DNA of 64,000 nt, from assembly GCA_951406725.2 (NCBI GenBank), contig OX597835.1, positions 992,001 to 1,056,000 on the forward strand, written 5' to 3'. Made by a program: the position numbers and the translations under genes. Under the pieces are notes generated by a model. The model saw only the letters and a program-made list of their open reading frames with translations, did not search any database and was not told where the DNA came from. The first letter of the stretch is position 1; every line of letters begins with the position of its first letter. The stretch is from Octopus vulgaris (taxonomy: Eukaryota). Shown here in pieces: positions 25,052-35,407 of this stretch.

Positions 25052-27943
25052 TGTGTGTCTGTGTTTGTCCCTCCAACATCGCTTGACAACCGATGGTGGT
25101 GTGCTTACATCCCTGTAACTTAGTGGTTCGGCAAAAGAGACCGATAGAATAAGTACTAGGCTTCCAAAGAATAAGTCCCAGGGTCGAGTTGCTCGACTAA
25201 AGGCGGTGCTCCAGCATGGCCACAGTCAAATGACTGAAACAATTAAAAGAGTAATGTTAATTGTAATTAATCTCTCCTGAAGTATCTCTGTTTTTTCTTT
25301 TCTGATGATTTCTCCAAGGATGGATCTGCTATGCCGAAAAAACCCACGGATCATTTATTCTCCCTTATATCAGCACAACAAAATCTCCACAGCAAATCAT
25401 GGGATCCTATGTGAAAGACTTGTTTGCCAACCTACACGGCAAGAGGCCCAGTGATGTCTACCATGTCACCGTGATGCCATGCTATGATAAAAAGCTGGAG
25501 GCTTCACGCCAAGACTTCTACAATGACCTCTACAGCACCAGAGATGTTGATTGTGTTATCAGCACTGGTGAGTCATCTAGATGTTTCTATAATATATTAT
25601 GTACACATTAATATCATCATCATCTTCATTTAACATCTGTTGTCCATGCTGGCATGGGTTAGATGGTTTGACCCGGGCTGGTAAGCTGAGGGGCTGCGCC
25701 AGACTCCAGTGTTACCAGGAATACAGCATCAGTGGTGCTTCTCCCTGGAACAAACCCAAACTGCATCTCATCTAAACTAACCCTCACCTTAATTTGTTGG
25801 GCTATGACCCCCGTCCATGACTTTCATTACCTGATCGAACAACTTGGTACCTCTGTAATTATTCGTATCTAATGCATCACCTTTACCTTTGTAGCAGTTG
25901 ACTATGGTGCTGCTACACCAGTCATTGGGTATGACTCCTTCGTGTATCACCTGATACATGAATTTTCAAAATGTTTAGAAAAAGATTGTCAAAAGCAAAA
26001 TGTGAAGCTTTGTATAAAGCTTTGTTGTGTTAAGTCCTGGTTATCACAAAAATATTAAAATACAGATATACATTCTATGATAATAATAGGAAAATGTTAA
26101 AAACAGTTTGCAAGAAAGTATTTAAGAAAATATTCAACAAAAGTATTAGGATTTCAATAAAAGTCATGTTTGTTTGGTAGTAGTATATATATACACTGAA
26201 GCATTGGACTAAGTTTCTTGTAGTATATAGTTACAGCACTTTTCCTTCTGTATTTCAGCTGAGATCAATAGCTAGTCAGGTATTTGGAGGTAATATAATT
26301 GACTGTACCATCCCCTAAATTTTCTCATCTTGTGCCTATGTAAGAAATGATTAATTACGACTGTTGTTATTGTTATAGGGTGTTGTATTGGCAAAGTTGG
26401 TTTGGATGAAATGCTTTTAGGGATTTAGTCATGGCCCTTAACATCCTGAGTTCAAATTCACTGTGATCATCTTTGCTATTCATCAGTCAAATACTTGGAT
26501 CAGTTTAATCCCTAAGTTTGTGATTTTGTGTCTATACTAGAAACTATTGTTTATTTTTTCTTGGCCAGATGAAGTAGATAAAATGTTCCTGAAGGAGAAT
26601 GTGTTGTTAGCAGAGATACCATCAATGGAACTTGATCCTATGTAAGTAACAACTATATATTTTATCTTTTCATTGTCATTTGATGTTAAAGAAGTGGGTT
26701 GGAAATTTCACTTGCTCAAACTATTTCAGAGACTAGATACTTCATATAATAAGATATTGTTGGGACACTGAACACTTCAGTAAGGAAAGTAGACAGCTTG
26801 CACAGTGAATTTCTATCTGTCACTATTCAAACCCTAACTGTGTGACGTATAGAGATTGGTGGTCTCATCTGGTGAAACCATCTAATATCGACTCTGTTCA
26901 GAAAATCGGAATAGAAGATGTCATTTGAAGAAAAAACACTCTACAATGAATTCATAGAACCAAGCTGGAGCTTTTAAATGATTTTACTCCGGCTCACAAA
27001 TATACACAAGTTGAATAAATCATGAAAGGCCATGTTCAGCTTCATTTTACTTCTGCTTTCTATGATGGCATGGGTTAGACAGTTTTACTGAAACTGCTAA
27101 GCCAGAGAGCTGCACCGGGTTCCAACCTGATTTGGCATGGTTTCTGTGGCTGGATGCCTTTCCTAATGCCAAAATACTTAGTAATATTCTGTCTGTCTTT
27201 GCATTCTGAATTTAATTCCCGGCAAGGCTGACTTAGCCATTCATCTTATCAGGGTCAATTAAATACGTTCCAGTTGGACTGGACTTTTACCAAAATTGAA
27301 AATTTATAAACAAAATTATCATCACCACATTTTCATCCATTATTAGACTCTACTAATTTGTTTGCTTCTTAAGTAACACTTAATTCCCTTCAACTTTCCA
27401 CTCCACATGTTGCAGATGTCCTGGTGATGCCCCGCACGAGTTAGTTACCCATGCTGGAGGTGGGTCTGGAGGTTTTCTCAACTATATACTCAGAATGGCT
27501 TCCAAAGACTTGTTTGGCAAAGATCTCGAGGAACTGGAATTAAAAACATTACGGTAAGAAGAAAGTGTCTTGGTTAACAACACCACTCCAGCTGTGACCA
27601 TCCTGTCTTTTTGTGTATATGTATATAAAGTAAATTATTATTATCATTAACACTGGGGTCAATGTAATCAACTAGTCCCCCAAATTTCAGGCCTTGTCCC
27701 TTTAGTAGAAAGGATTGTTGTTGTTGTTATAATTACTGTGGCAAGCTGGTAGACTCGTTAGCAGGTAGACTCGTTAGCAGGCTGGATGAAATGCTTAGCA
27801 GTATTTCGCCCATTTCTACAGAAGTCAACTTTACCTTTCATCCTTTCTGGGTCGATAAATTAAGTACCAGTGAACTACTGAGGTCAATGTAATCGACTAG
27901 TACCCTCCCTGCAATTTCAGACTTTGTACCTTTAGTAGAAAGA

Positions 27944-27974
<31 letters not shown>

Positions 27975-30788
27975 GGGTGGCAGAATCAGTCTTCTGGCTT
28001 TGTTCTGAGTTCAAATGTCACAAGGTTGACTTTGCCTTTCATCACTAGGGTTGTTGTCATTGACTAGCCCCCCCCCCTCCGCCTTCCCAAAATTCCAGGC
28101 CTTGTGCATTTAGTAGAACAAACTATTATTATTGGGCGATGGATTGGCACAGTTATTAGCAAGTTGTCAAAAATTCTTTTTGGTGTTTGACCCAGCTCTT
28201 GACTTTCTGAGTTCAAATTCCACAAACTTTGCCTTTCATTGTTCCAGGGTCAATAATATGAAGTGTCAATCAATGGCATTGACCAGACTCCTCTCTCTCT
28301 CAAAATTGCTGGTCTTGTTCCTAAATAAGAAACGGTAATAATAGTAACCTCTATTATCATAAAGTTATTACATGCAGGCAAAAGTTATCTTGGATTTTGG
28401 TAAAAATAATTCTCTTCAAATCTGAAGAATCTTTCTTAGGATTCTTGCAGAATACAAGTTGGCACTTTTCTGCAGATTGACAAAGCATGTCTCGGTTCCA
28501 ATATCCTTCAGCTGGTGCAGCAGTTTGGCTGTTGTTCCACATGCACCATTTACCACAAACAACAACTGCCATCTTTGTCTTCCACACTCTCTTTATCTCT
28601 GGTTAGGTTCTGATATTTCTCTGACATTGGCACACTGGATGAAATGCTTGCTGGCATTTCGTCTGCCTTTATGGCCCGAGTTCAAATTCCATTGAGGTCA
28701 GCTTTGCCTTTCATCATTTTAGGGTCAATTAAGTACTGATCGCATACTAGGATCAATGTAATTGACTTACTTCCTCCCGTCGAGATTGCTGGCCTTGCGC
28801 CAAAATTAGAAAGAATTATTTATGGTGGTCAAATGGAATTGGCAGAACTTTTAGAGTGTTGAACAAAACATGTTCTATTTATATTCTAAGCTCATGTAGT
28901 GACGCCATTTTGGAAATCTTCAGCACACATGTGCAGAGCTTGGATTCTTCCAGGGGGTCTGCCAGAAGTTCCCTCATGCACAGAAAACTAGCAGCAGCAA
29001 AATTTCCCGTGTATCGATCTCTCTCGAATGCTGACAGCCGAACAGGGTGGTCGTGTTGTAGCAGCTCTCTCAAACTGCTGCCTCATGGCGTTGCTACACT
29101 GTGCCTGGACGGACAGGATTTGGCTCACTCCACTCGACTACTGCGACGAGCTCCTTGGCTACCGATTCGCCCTGAAGAAGAATGTATATATTGCGAATCC
29201 AGAAATAAAAATATTTATGCTGTTGAAGATATTCGGAAGTCTTGGCTTTTCCTTTGATTAACGTAAGGGATGAGAGCTGCACCCCTCCAGTGTTACAGAC
29301 CTTTTCATCCTGTTACACTCAAATCCTGTGGATGTCAACATTGCCTCTCATCCATCCAAAGTCAATAAAATTCCAGTCAAGTACTGAGGTTGATATAAGC
29401 AACAGTTCACCTTCCTCTCAAATTCATAACATTGTGCTCTTGTTAGAAATGACTATTGTTTGTTTTAATATACTTTTAAAAAAGAACAACTGAAAATGTT
29501 ATATAAAGGAAATATTATACTAAATCAAGGGTTAGCCCTATGTATCCTATGACAGTTTTCTCTTTTACGTGCCATGGTTCCCTTTTTGAGTCAGTATCTT
29601 GCAACCAGCAGCACTCCTTGTTGCTAACCCTCTTACAACATAACTATTCTAAAACTGGGAATGTGTGCAGGATTAAAAGTTTAACTAGAAAATATTATGT
29701 AGTCAGAAATATTGATTAATGTCTTATATTATTTTCACTTTTTCCAGCAAATAGGGGACAGTCTTAGACATGTTTTAGACTTATTTTGACCTCATCAGCA
29801 AAATATAACTTTCCCCATGCCTTCCAAAGTAGTGATGACACAATAGCTAAGTATATGTACAAGATTGTAAATTAATTGATTGAAGAAAATAGGACTGTAG
29901 AAAAATAATTGAGTCACCATCTGTATGGAAAAATAATTTCATCATTTTTCCTCATCTTTGTTTATCTCTCTATATATAAACGGCAGTTTGTCTGTGTGCG
30001 TGTCTGTGTGTCTGTTAGGTTGTACCCTCACCCTGACCACGGCTTTCAACCGATTCTGATGAAACTTGACACACACATAGCCCAATGTCATAATTCAAAA
30101 CTAACGCAGCGAAAATTTTGAAAAGTTCCCCCAGTTCAGAAAAAGATCGATAAATTCGACATGGGGTCGACAATCAGAAACACAAACCACAGATGGTCTA
30201 GGGGACGCAACTCGACCTTTTTAACTCTCAAAAAAAATTTACCGTTATTTTTTTCACATTTTTTTGCTATTTTTTGGCTATAGCTCTCTAAAAATGCTTT
30301 ATAGTTATTTCCCTTACAAACCCGAGCAACGCCGGGCGATACTGCTAGTTGATTTTAAATGCTTCCCTTTCTCTTTCCACAGAAACAACGACTCTAAAGA
30401 AATCACAGTAACTTCAGAAGATGGGAAAGAACTGAAGTTTGCCATTGCTTATGGATTCCGAAACATCCAAAATATTGTCCAGAAGATTAAGCGAGGCAAG
30501 TGCCCATACCATTTTGTCGAAATTATGGCCTGTCCCTCTGGCTGTAACAATGGTGGGGGGCAAATCCGAGCTGCCTCCGCCACACAAGAAATGGCAAAGA
30601 GCACATTCTTACAAGTTGAAGAACTTTACAACTCCATTGACCTGATTGAACCCACAGAGGTTGAAGATGTTCAGAAACTGTACACTGAGTGGCTTGGAGG
30701 GCACGACTCCGAGAAATGCGCCTCCATGCTTCACACCCAGTACCACCATATAGAAAAAAATACAAATGTTTTAAATCTTAAATGGTAG
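5543..30788 (+). CDS. CIAO3: Cytosolic Fe-S cluster assembly factor NARFL/CIAO3 (Nar1-like, [FeFe]-hydrogenase-like); complete, 9 coding exons, 486 aa
   Basis: Exons 5543-5620, 15412-15504, 17775-17930, 21143-21275, 24265-24399, 25319-25567, 26569-26641, 27416-27553 and 30383-30788 join in frame (1461 nt) with GT-AG sites. Family motifs: [93 protein letters not shown]-terminal Trp. Confidence 0.97.
6123..6449 (-). mobile_element. tRNA-derived SINE (same family as 24798-25253)
   Basis: Reverse complement of the 24.8 kb SINE body. Confidence 0.8.
6478..7367. mobile_element. Foldback/MITE-like element with long inverted arms
   Basis: 6478-6870 and 7110-7367 are reverse complements; the left arm contains a tandemly duplicated ~145 bp unit. 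Confidence 0.7.
10770..12270 (+). mobile_element. Degenerate Ty3/Gypsy-type LTR retrotransposon pol (RT-RNase H-integrase) in CIAO3 intron 1
   Basis: NSYIDDILV (RT), VWCDAS...IQTDS (RNase H), H-x3-H...C-x2-C zinc finger, AVDVTH / MDNG / [11 protein letters not shown] (integrase core); frameshifted. Confidence 0.88.
13745..14545 (+). mobile_element. RTE-type LINE AP-endonuclease fragment
   Basis: [28 protein letters not shown]...SAYTPQPGL...AGDFN motifs with stops. Confidence 0.8.
14886..15207. mobile_element. Inverted pair of a pLTR-like repeat (related copy at 53485-53690)
   Basis: 14886-15000 is the reverse complement of 15030-15147. Confidence 0.75.
14948..14994 (-). ncRNA. Putative minimal hammerhead ribozyme with G3:C8 swapped core
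   Basis: tgtca-GTGAACA-g-gttgc-ggtctcaaa-gcgac-GAAA-atat-TT-tgaca: stem I, stem II and palindromic stem III all in register. Confidence 0.55.
15412..15504 (+). CDS. CIAO3: CIAO3/NARFL coding exon 2
   Basis: Polypyrimidine tract + AG; [31 protein letters not shown]; GTAAGT donor. Confidence 0.94.
15912..16160. repeat. (CA)n-TG compound microsatellite
   Basis: Repeated CACACACACACATG-type units. Confidence 0.95.
16163..16831 (+). mobile_element. Internally deleted Tc1/mariner (DD37D/maT-like) transposon
   Basis: TA-CAGGGT...ACCCTG-TA ends; transposase remnant [12 protein letters not shown]...[12 protein letters not shown]...[13 protein letters not shown]. Confidence 0.8.
17775..17930 (+). 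CDS. CIAO3: CIAO3/NARFL coding exon 3
   Basis: [36 protein letters not shown]...IQK; contains the N-terminal Fe-S cysteines. Confidence 0.95.
18064..18100 (+). ncRNA. Putative minimal hammerhead ribozyme with U3:A8 core
   Basis: cta-TTGAAAA-g-gttgc-aagat-gcaac-GAAA-at-TT-tag; preceded by a 22-bp inverted copy of its own 5' half. Confidence 0.5.
18490..18715 (-). mobile_element. 3' fragment of a REL-endonuclease non-LTR retroelement (R4/Dong-like); similar pieces at ~19730-19870 and ~28420-28590
   Basis: ...[33 protein letters not shown]; LQKTVLLG in the second copy. Confidence 0.6.
21143..21275 (+). CDS. CIAO3: CIAO3/NARFL coding exon 4
   Basis: [44 protein letters not shown]; AG/GTAAG boundaries. 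Confidence 0.94.
21381..21840 (-). mobile_element. RTE-LINE 3' end / SINE with (GAT)n tail and internal tandem repeats; other copies at ~17020-17430, 31120-31695, 42550-43520, 43905-44490, 52575-53060, 58250-58510
   Basis: Shared catcatcgtttaacgtccgctttccatgctagcatgggttggacg...ggatgcccttcctaatgcc sequence; adjoins RTE RT remnants (LHGSETWA...SMLRWMCNV) at 43067-43430 and 50680-51040. Confidence 0.75.
22780..24060. mobile_element. Rearranged Tc1/mariner transposase fragments (22780-22980 on -, 23670-24060 on +)
   Basis: [13 protein letters not shown]...[20 protein letters not shown]; a 70-bp segment is present in both orientations. Confidence 0.7.
24265..24399 (+). CDS. CIAO3: CIAO3/NARFL coding exon 5
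   Basis: [26 protein letters not shown]...PMLTSACP; CAG/GTAAG boundaries. Confidence 0.95.
24798..25253 (+). mobile_element. Full-length tRNA-derived SINE with internal (TA)n
   Basis: tRNA-like head, CCTTGGGCAAAGTG core and AAAAGAGTA tail; copies at 6123-6449, 19425-19670, 37402-37781, 54925-55215. Confidence 0.85.
25319..25567 (+). CDS. CIAO3: CIAO3/NARFL coding exon 6
   Basis: [29 protein letters not shown]...[16 protein letters not shown]...DVDCVIST; GTGAGT donor. Confidence 0.96.
26569..26641 (+). CDS. CIAO3: CIAO3/NARFL coding exon 7
   Basis: [24 protein letters not shown]; phases fit both neighbours; CAG/GTAAGT boundaries. Confidence 0.9.
27416..27553 (+). CDS. CIAO3: CIAO3/NARFL coding exon 8
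   Basis: [46 protein letters not shown]. Confidence 0.94.
27640..28880 (+). repeat. Tandem cluster of a short SINE family
   Basis: Repeated ...ttctgagttcaaat...tttgcctttcatc...ggtcaatgtaatcgactag...ggccttgt...tagaaa-(TTA)n units; - strand clusters at 30850-31120, 35900-36840 and 42015-42545. Confidence 0.75.
29965..30348 (+). mobile_element. Non-autonomous Helitron-like element
   Basis: A|TC start, terminal hairpin CCCGAGCAACGCCGGG and CTAG|T end; near-identical end at 57719-58116. Confidence 0.7.
30383..30788 (+). CDS. CIAO3: CIAO3/NARFL last coding exon 9
   Basis: NNDSKEITV...[42 protein letters not shown]...[19 protein letters not shown]-stop. Confidence 0.96.
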
Positions 30789-30806
30789 AAAACGTTTCAA
30801 CTATAA

Positions 30807-30812
30807 AATAAA
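30807..30812 (+). terminator. Candidate polyadenylation signal AATAAA of CIAO3
   Basis: AATAAA 18 nt after the stop, followed by T-rich sequence; unverified. Confidence 0.4.
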
Positions 30813-33261
30813 TTAATTAATGTTTTAATTATTTAATCAGATTTGGTCGGGTGGATATAGTTGATTAACTTGATCCCAGTACTTGATTGGTATTTTATTT
30901 TATCAATCCTTGAAGAATGTAAGTGGGATTTGAACTCAGAATGTGAAGAGCCTTAACGAATGCTTTAATACATTTTGTCTGACACGCTAACGATTCTACC
31001 AATTTACAGTCCTTAATGATATATTCTAACATGGGCACAAGGCTACAAATTTGGAGGGACAGCTTAATTGATTAAATTAACCCTGACTTCACAACTGGTA
31101 CTTTATATTATTAATTCTGGGACCTTTGGAAATATGCTGTGCTTGAGAAGACTTGGCAAGCTCAAGTGAGACCATAACCTTGTGGCCTATGCCAGGGGTG
31201 TAACCAGCCCACTTATGCGTACCTTAAACCCTACTTGCGGAGACCTGTTGAGGCAAGTGAAATTGAAATCAAATTCAATGACTGGCATCCGTGCTAGTGG
31301 AGCGCTAAGAGCACCATCCGAGCGAGATCGTTGCCAGAGCAACAAGCTGGCTTCCGTGCCGATGGCACCATTCGAGTGTGATCATTACCTGCGTCACCTT
31401 ACTGGCACTTGTGCTGGTGGCACGTGAAAAAACATTCGAGTGATGTCATTGCCAGTGCCACTGGACCGGCTCCTGTGCAGGTGGCACATAAAAAGCACCA
31501 TTTGAGTGTGGCCGTTGCCAGTACCACTACACTCTTGGAGTGGTTGGTGTTAGGAAGGGCATCCAGCTGTAGAAACTCTGGCAGATCAGATTGGAGTGTG
31601 GTGCAGCCATCTGGTTCGCCAGACCTCAGTCAAATCGTCCAACCCATGCCAGCATGGAAAGCAGGCATTAAACGATGATGATGATGATGATGATGAATTA
31701 AACTTAGAGGTTTTTCCAAATAATTTCCAAGATAAGCTGAAGGCCTGAGATTTTGAGAGAGTGTACAGTTGATCCAAGCAGTCACCATGGTAGTTAATTT
31801 ATCAATTTACCCCACCCCTCAAGAATGCTGCCTTGTGTCAAAATTAGAAAGAATTATTATTACTAAAGGGACCCGTGGAAATTCCACCGAATGAAAAAGA
31901 TTAAGAGAAGCTATTTAAGAAAGGATGATTTTCATTTTTATTATGCTAAGTTATTTCACTTCTAGTCACAATAATATCTTATATGATTTTAAAATTTCCC
32001 TCTGTTAAACCTTTCTATATTCCTCTCTTTCTACCTACCTCTTCAACCAATTTTTTAACCATGTAATTCCCCTCTTTGTGTCTTTAATATTTCTGTCTTT
32101 CTTCTCACCTCTCACTTCCACTAACCACATGAATAGCAGCATAATGCATCAGCTGGCTATCTGCTCTCTCACATTCCCTCTTCCTCTCTCTCACTCTACT
32201 TCCTCCTCCTCTCTAACAAACTAAAGTGTAAAGTGTGAATGAACAGGTTGAAGAATAATATAGATTTAGTTCAATAAAAAAACAATACTTTTCTCTATCA
32301 ACACCACCACCACCATCACCACCACCATCATCACCATCATCACCATCATCATCACTATAGTTTTCAGTAACAAAACTCGTTTCATTTCACTTCAGTCCAG
32401 CTGTGTGTTTATATCTACTTTTTCTTGCTGTCAATGTATCTCTACTCTGACAATACAAATGCTCTCTGCCTCTCTCTCTCTCTCTCTTAATGTAACTGCC
32501 TCACCTGTCCATCTCTCTCTCTATCTGCCTTTCTTTAACCTCACCTTCTACTAAATATTAAACCCTAAACATATCTCTTCCTCTTTACCTTCCCCCGCCT
32601 CCCCTACACCATGTACTTAACACTTCTATTGCTCTCCGTCTCTCCCTTCAACTCTCCCTTCAACTCACCATTTGACACATTTGGTCTTCTCTACTTCTTT
32701 CTTCTCTACTCACACTCCTCCTCCTCCCTCCTCCCCACTTACTCCACATCCACCTTTCGAACCAACTAAAGTATAATGGGTGGATGAACAAGTAGATTAT
32801 TCTGCAGATTATTTATGGTGGTGAAATGGAATTGGCAGAACTTTTAGAGTGTTGAACGAATTTGGATTAAGTTGGCTGCTACAGCATTTTCCAGTATTTT
32901 AACTTTTAGGGAACCTTTGGAATACATTCCATGCGTCAATGAAACCCAACATAAAATTTATTATAAATTTTTATTAATCGCTTCCTGACTCTCTGATGGG
33001 GCTGGCCCCTCTTTTCATAATTTCTTCTTTTCCTCTATTTCTTTTATTCTGTGACAACAGGCTGTTGGTCCCTATCAGCCTACATTTGGATCTTATGTTT
33101 CTACTGGCAAGGTGAGTCCTGTTGTTGCTCTGAAAAAGCCTCCAATTTATGCTTCTGGCCACATTTGCACATATTGCTTATATCAGTTGTTTGAAATCAT
33201 TTCCAAACTTCTTTTCAGTGCTTAATAGGATGAAATTTTGCATCTAGCTATAAAAAATATA

Positions 33262-33882
33262 TGAGGGTAAGTCAAAATTATTTGCATTTTTTCCATAACA
33301 TCTCTTTGTTATTGTCACTCTGCCTTGGGCACATGCATGCAGTACCACATGGTACTATGGTGGTCATGTGATCAAAGTTTGAACCTGGTCGTACCATTTT
33401 TCTTTCTAGTTTTATAGTGTAAGCATGGCCACTCCACTAGCAATGTGCACCAAAGAAGAACAAAGATCTGAGAGATGGTAATGGTGAACCAGTTTACCAT
33501 TACCCTCTCTTGAGCTTGTTGAACCTTCTCTCATCAGTGGTGGAGGTTGACGTGTGTCATGCTTGTCCGGCCACTTTTAAACTTTTTGATCCACTCATAC
33601 ACACCTCTACGCATTACTGCACTCTCCCCATATTGTGCTCCAATGAATTTCACACCTGATCAGAGAAATTGGATCACTGCTCTTTGGTGCACATTGCTAG
33701 TGGAGTGGCCATGCTTACACTGTAAAGCCAGAAAGAAAAACGGTACGACCAGGCTCAAACTTCGATCACATGACCACCATAGTACCAACCATGTGGTACT
33801 GCATGCATGTGCCGAAGTCAGTGTGATAATAATAATAAAGATACGTTGTAGCGAAAGTTTGGATTATTTTTGACTTCCCTTG
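33262..33882. mobile_element. Mariner-derived foldback MITE made of two 5' ends
   Basis: TA-flanked, ~200 bp inverted arms beginning GAGGGTAAGTCAAAA; both arms encode the transposase start MATPLAMCTKE; the - strand continues into an HTH (YGESAV...VYEWIKKFKSGRTS). Confidence 0.8.
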
Positions 33883-35373
33883 TAATTTCCCTGTAACAAT
33901 ATCAAATGCTGATATACAACTTCACTCAACCTGTTCCCTGCTAAATGGAAAACAAAGAAAAAAATGTTAAATAGTTTCACAGGTATCTCAGGTATCTATT
34001 TTAGCCAGCAATGTTAATTCTTTAAGATTAGAATTCTTTTTTCTCCTGGATAAGACACCCGTCTTTCTCACAAGCAATTATTTTTCTTTAGAAGAGGAAT
34101 TAACCCCAGAGTTGCAAACCAATCAAAACACTTGTCAGTTTGATGAAGTTGTCATTGATGTCATTTCTGGTTGAGCAAATGTTTAAAGACACTCCAGCCA
34201 TGATTACCCTGTCTTTTAGGGGCACATGTACAATTACGCTACACTATTCAGCCTGTTCCTTTTGCTCCCCCCCCCTAGATGGCTAAAATTTGATGTAAAT
34301 CTGGCTGCTATTTCTAGCAGGTCAAGTGACAAGACAGGAGTTGGTTCATGGTAGCTAAGTGTCTTTTTAGATCATAGACATATTACAGTGTTTGCTAATA
34401 TGACCGTGTTATCCCGTTACTTCATTGACTCAGCTGTTTGTGGACCCAATAGAAAAACAGCTCTCAGGAATCAATCTTAAATTATATTAAAGAGTTTTCG
34501 TTATTAATGAACATTCATTTATATTCTGTTATGGAAATTAAGTTTTCACAGAGAAACTATTCTAATGATTTCCACTGAATTTTGGTTCATGTACAAATGT
34601 AAATTGTGTTATGAATTAAAATTTTAAATGTTCACGAAAGGTTTAATTTGGTTATATCTTTCAATTTATTCTTGTTGTAACATTTATCAAACAATGGTGC
34701 ATGTATGGTTTTAGGGTTAAGAAGTTAACTGCAATCCTAGGATTTTTAGGTTCACTCCCACCGTGTGGCTGAGGTAAGTGTTATCTTTCTGCATAAAACA
34801 AAAGATGTCTGTATGTGTAGTACATATGCATTTCTACTGATTTCCACCAAACTTTACACACACATTACTTATGTCCCAAGGATGGTCATGCACTAAACAT
34901 TTTGACCAGAGCTCCCGCATAAAGTGAGAAACCGAGAAAACTGGCGTTTTACATGGGTTTTTTCCCTAAAAACTTTTGCAGTTTTCAACTGATTCTCTCC
35001 CTTTTCTCATTTTGTTTCTCTCTCCCCTTCAGTACCCCCTGACTGGCCCTCGTGCTGGTGGCACGTAAAACCACCCACTCAGTCAAGGGTGGCTTACCAA
35101 CAACAGCATATCCTGTTGAACAAGCAAACTAATTAAAGAAAAACAACAAAGAGAAGTAATGATTATAAACCTTTTTATTTGAGTAGAGTCAATGGTAAAT
35201 GATAATGAGATGAATATGAGATGAGTTTACAATCTAAATATGTTTTGTGTTTCCAAATTGGTAAATAGAAAGACATTTTTTTAAGAAGTTATATATATAT
35301 ATATATATATTCGCCATGATAGATCGTTAGCCTCTACACACATTTGTTTCTCTCCTTGTTTTTTCTGTGTCCC

Positions 35374-35407
35374 TTTCTGTAGAGGAGCGTAGGCTCGAAA
35401 CGTAAAA
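35374..35407 (+). ncRNA. Minimal hammerhead-like motif in a short repeat (~35312-35490)
   Basis: ttt-CTGTAGA-g-gagc-gtag-gctc-GAAA-cg-TA-aaa; palindromic ACGT stem III; core position 6 is U rather than A. Confidence 0.5.

Noticed and set aside
30264-30382. N-terminal extension of the ORF upstream of the CIAO3 last exon
   Set aside because: Chance open frame through Helitron and intron sequence; homology begins at the AG acceptor.
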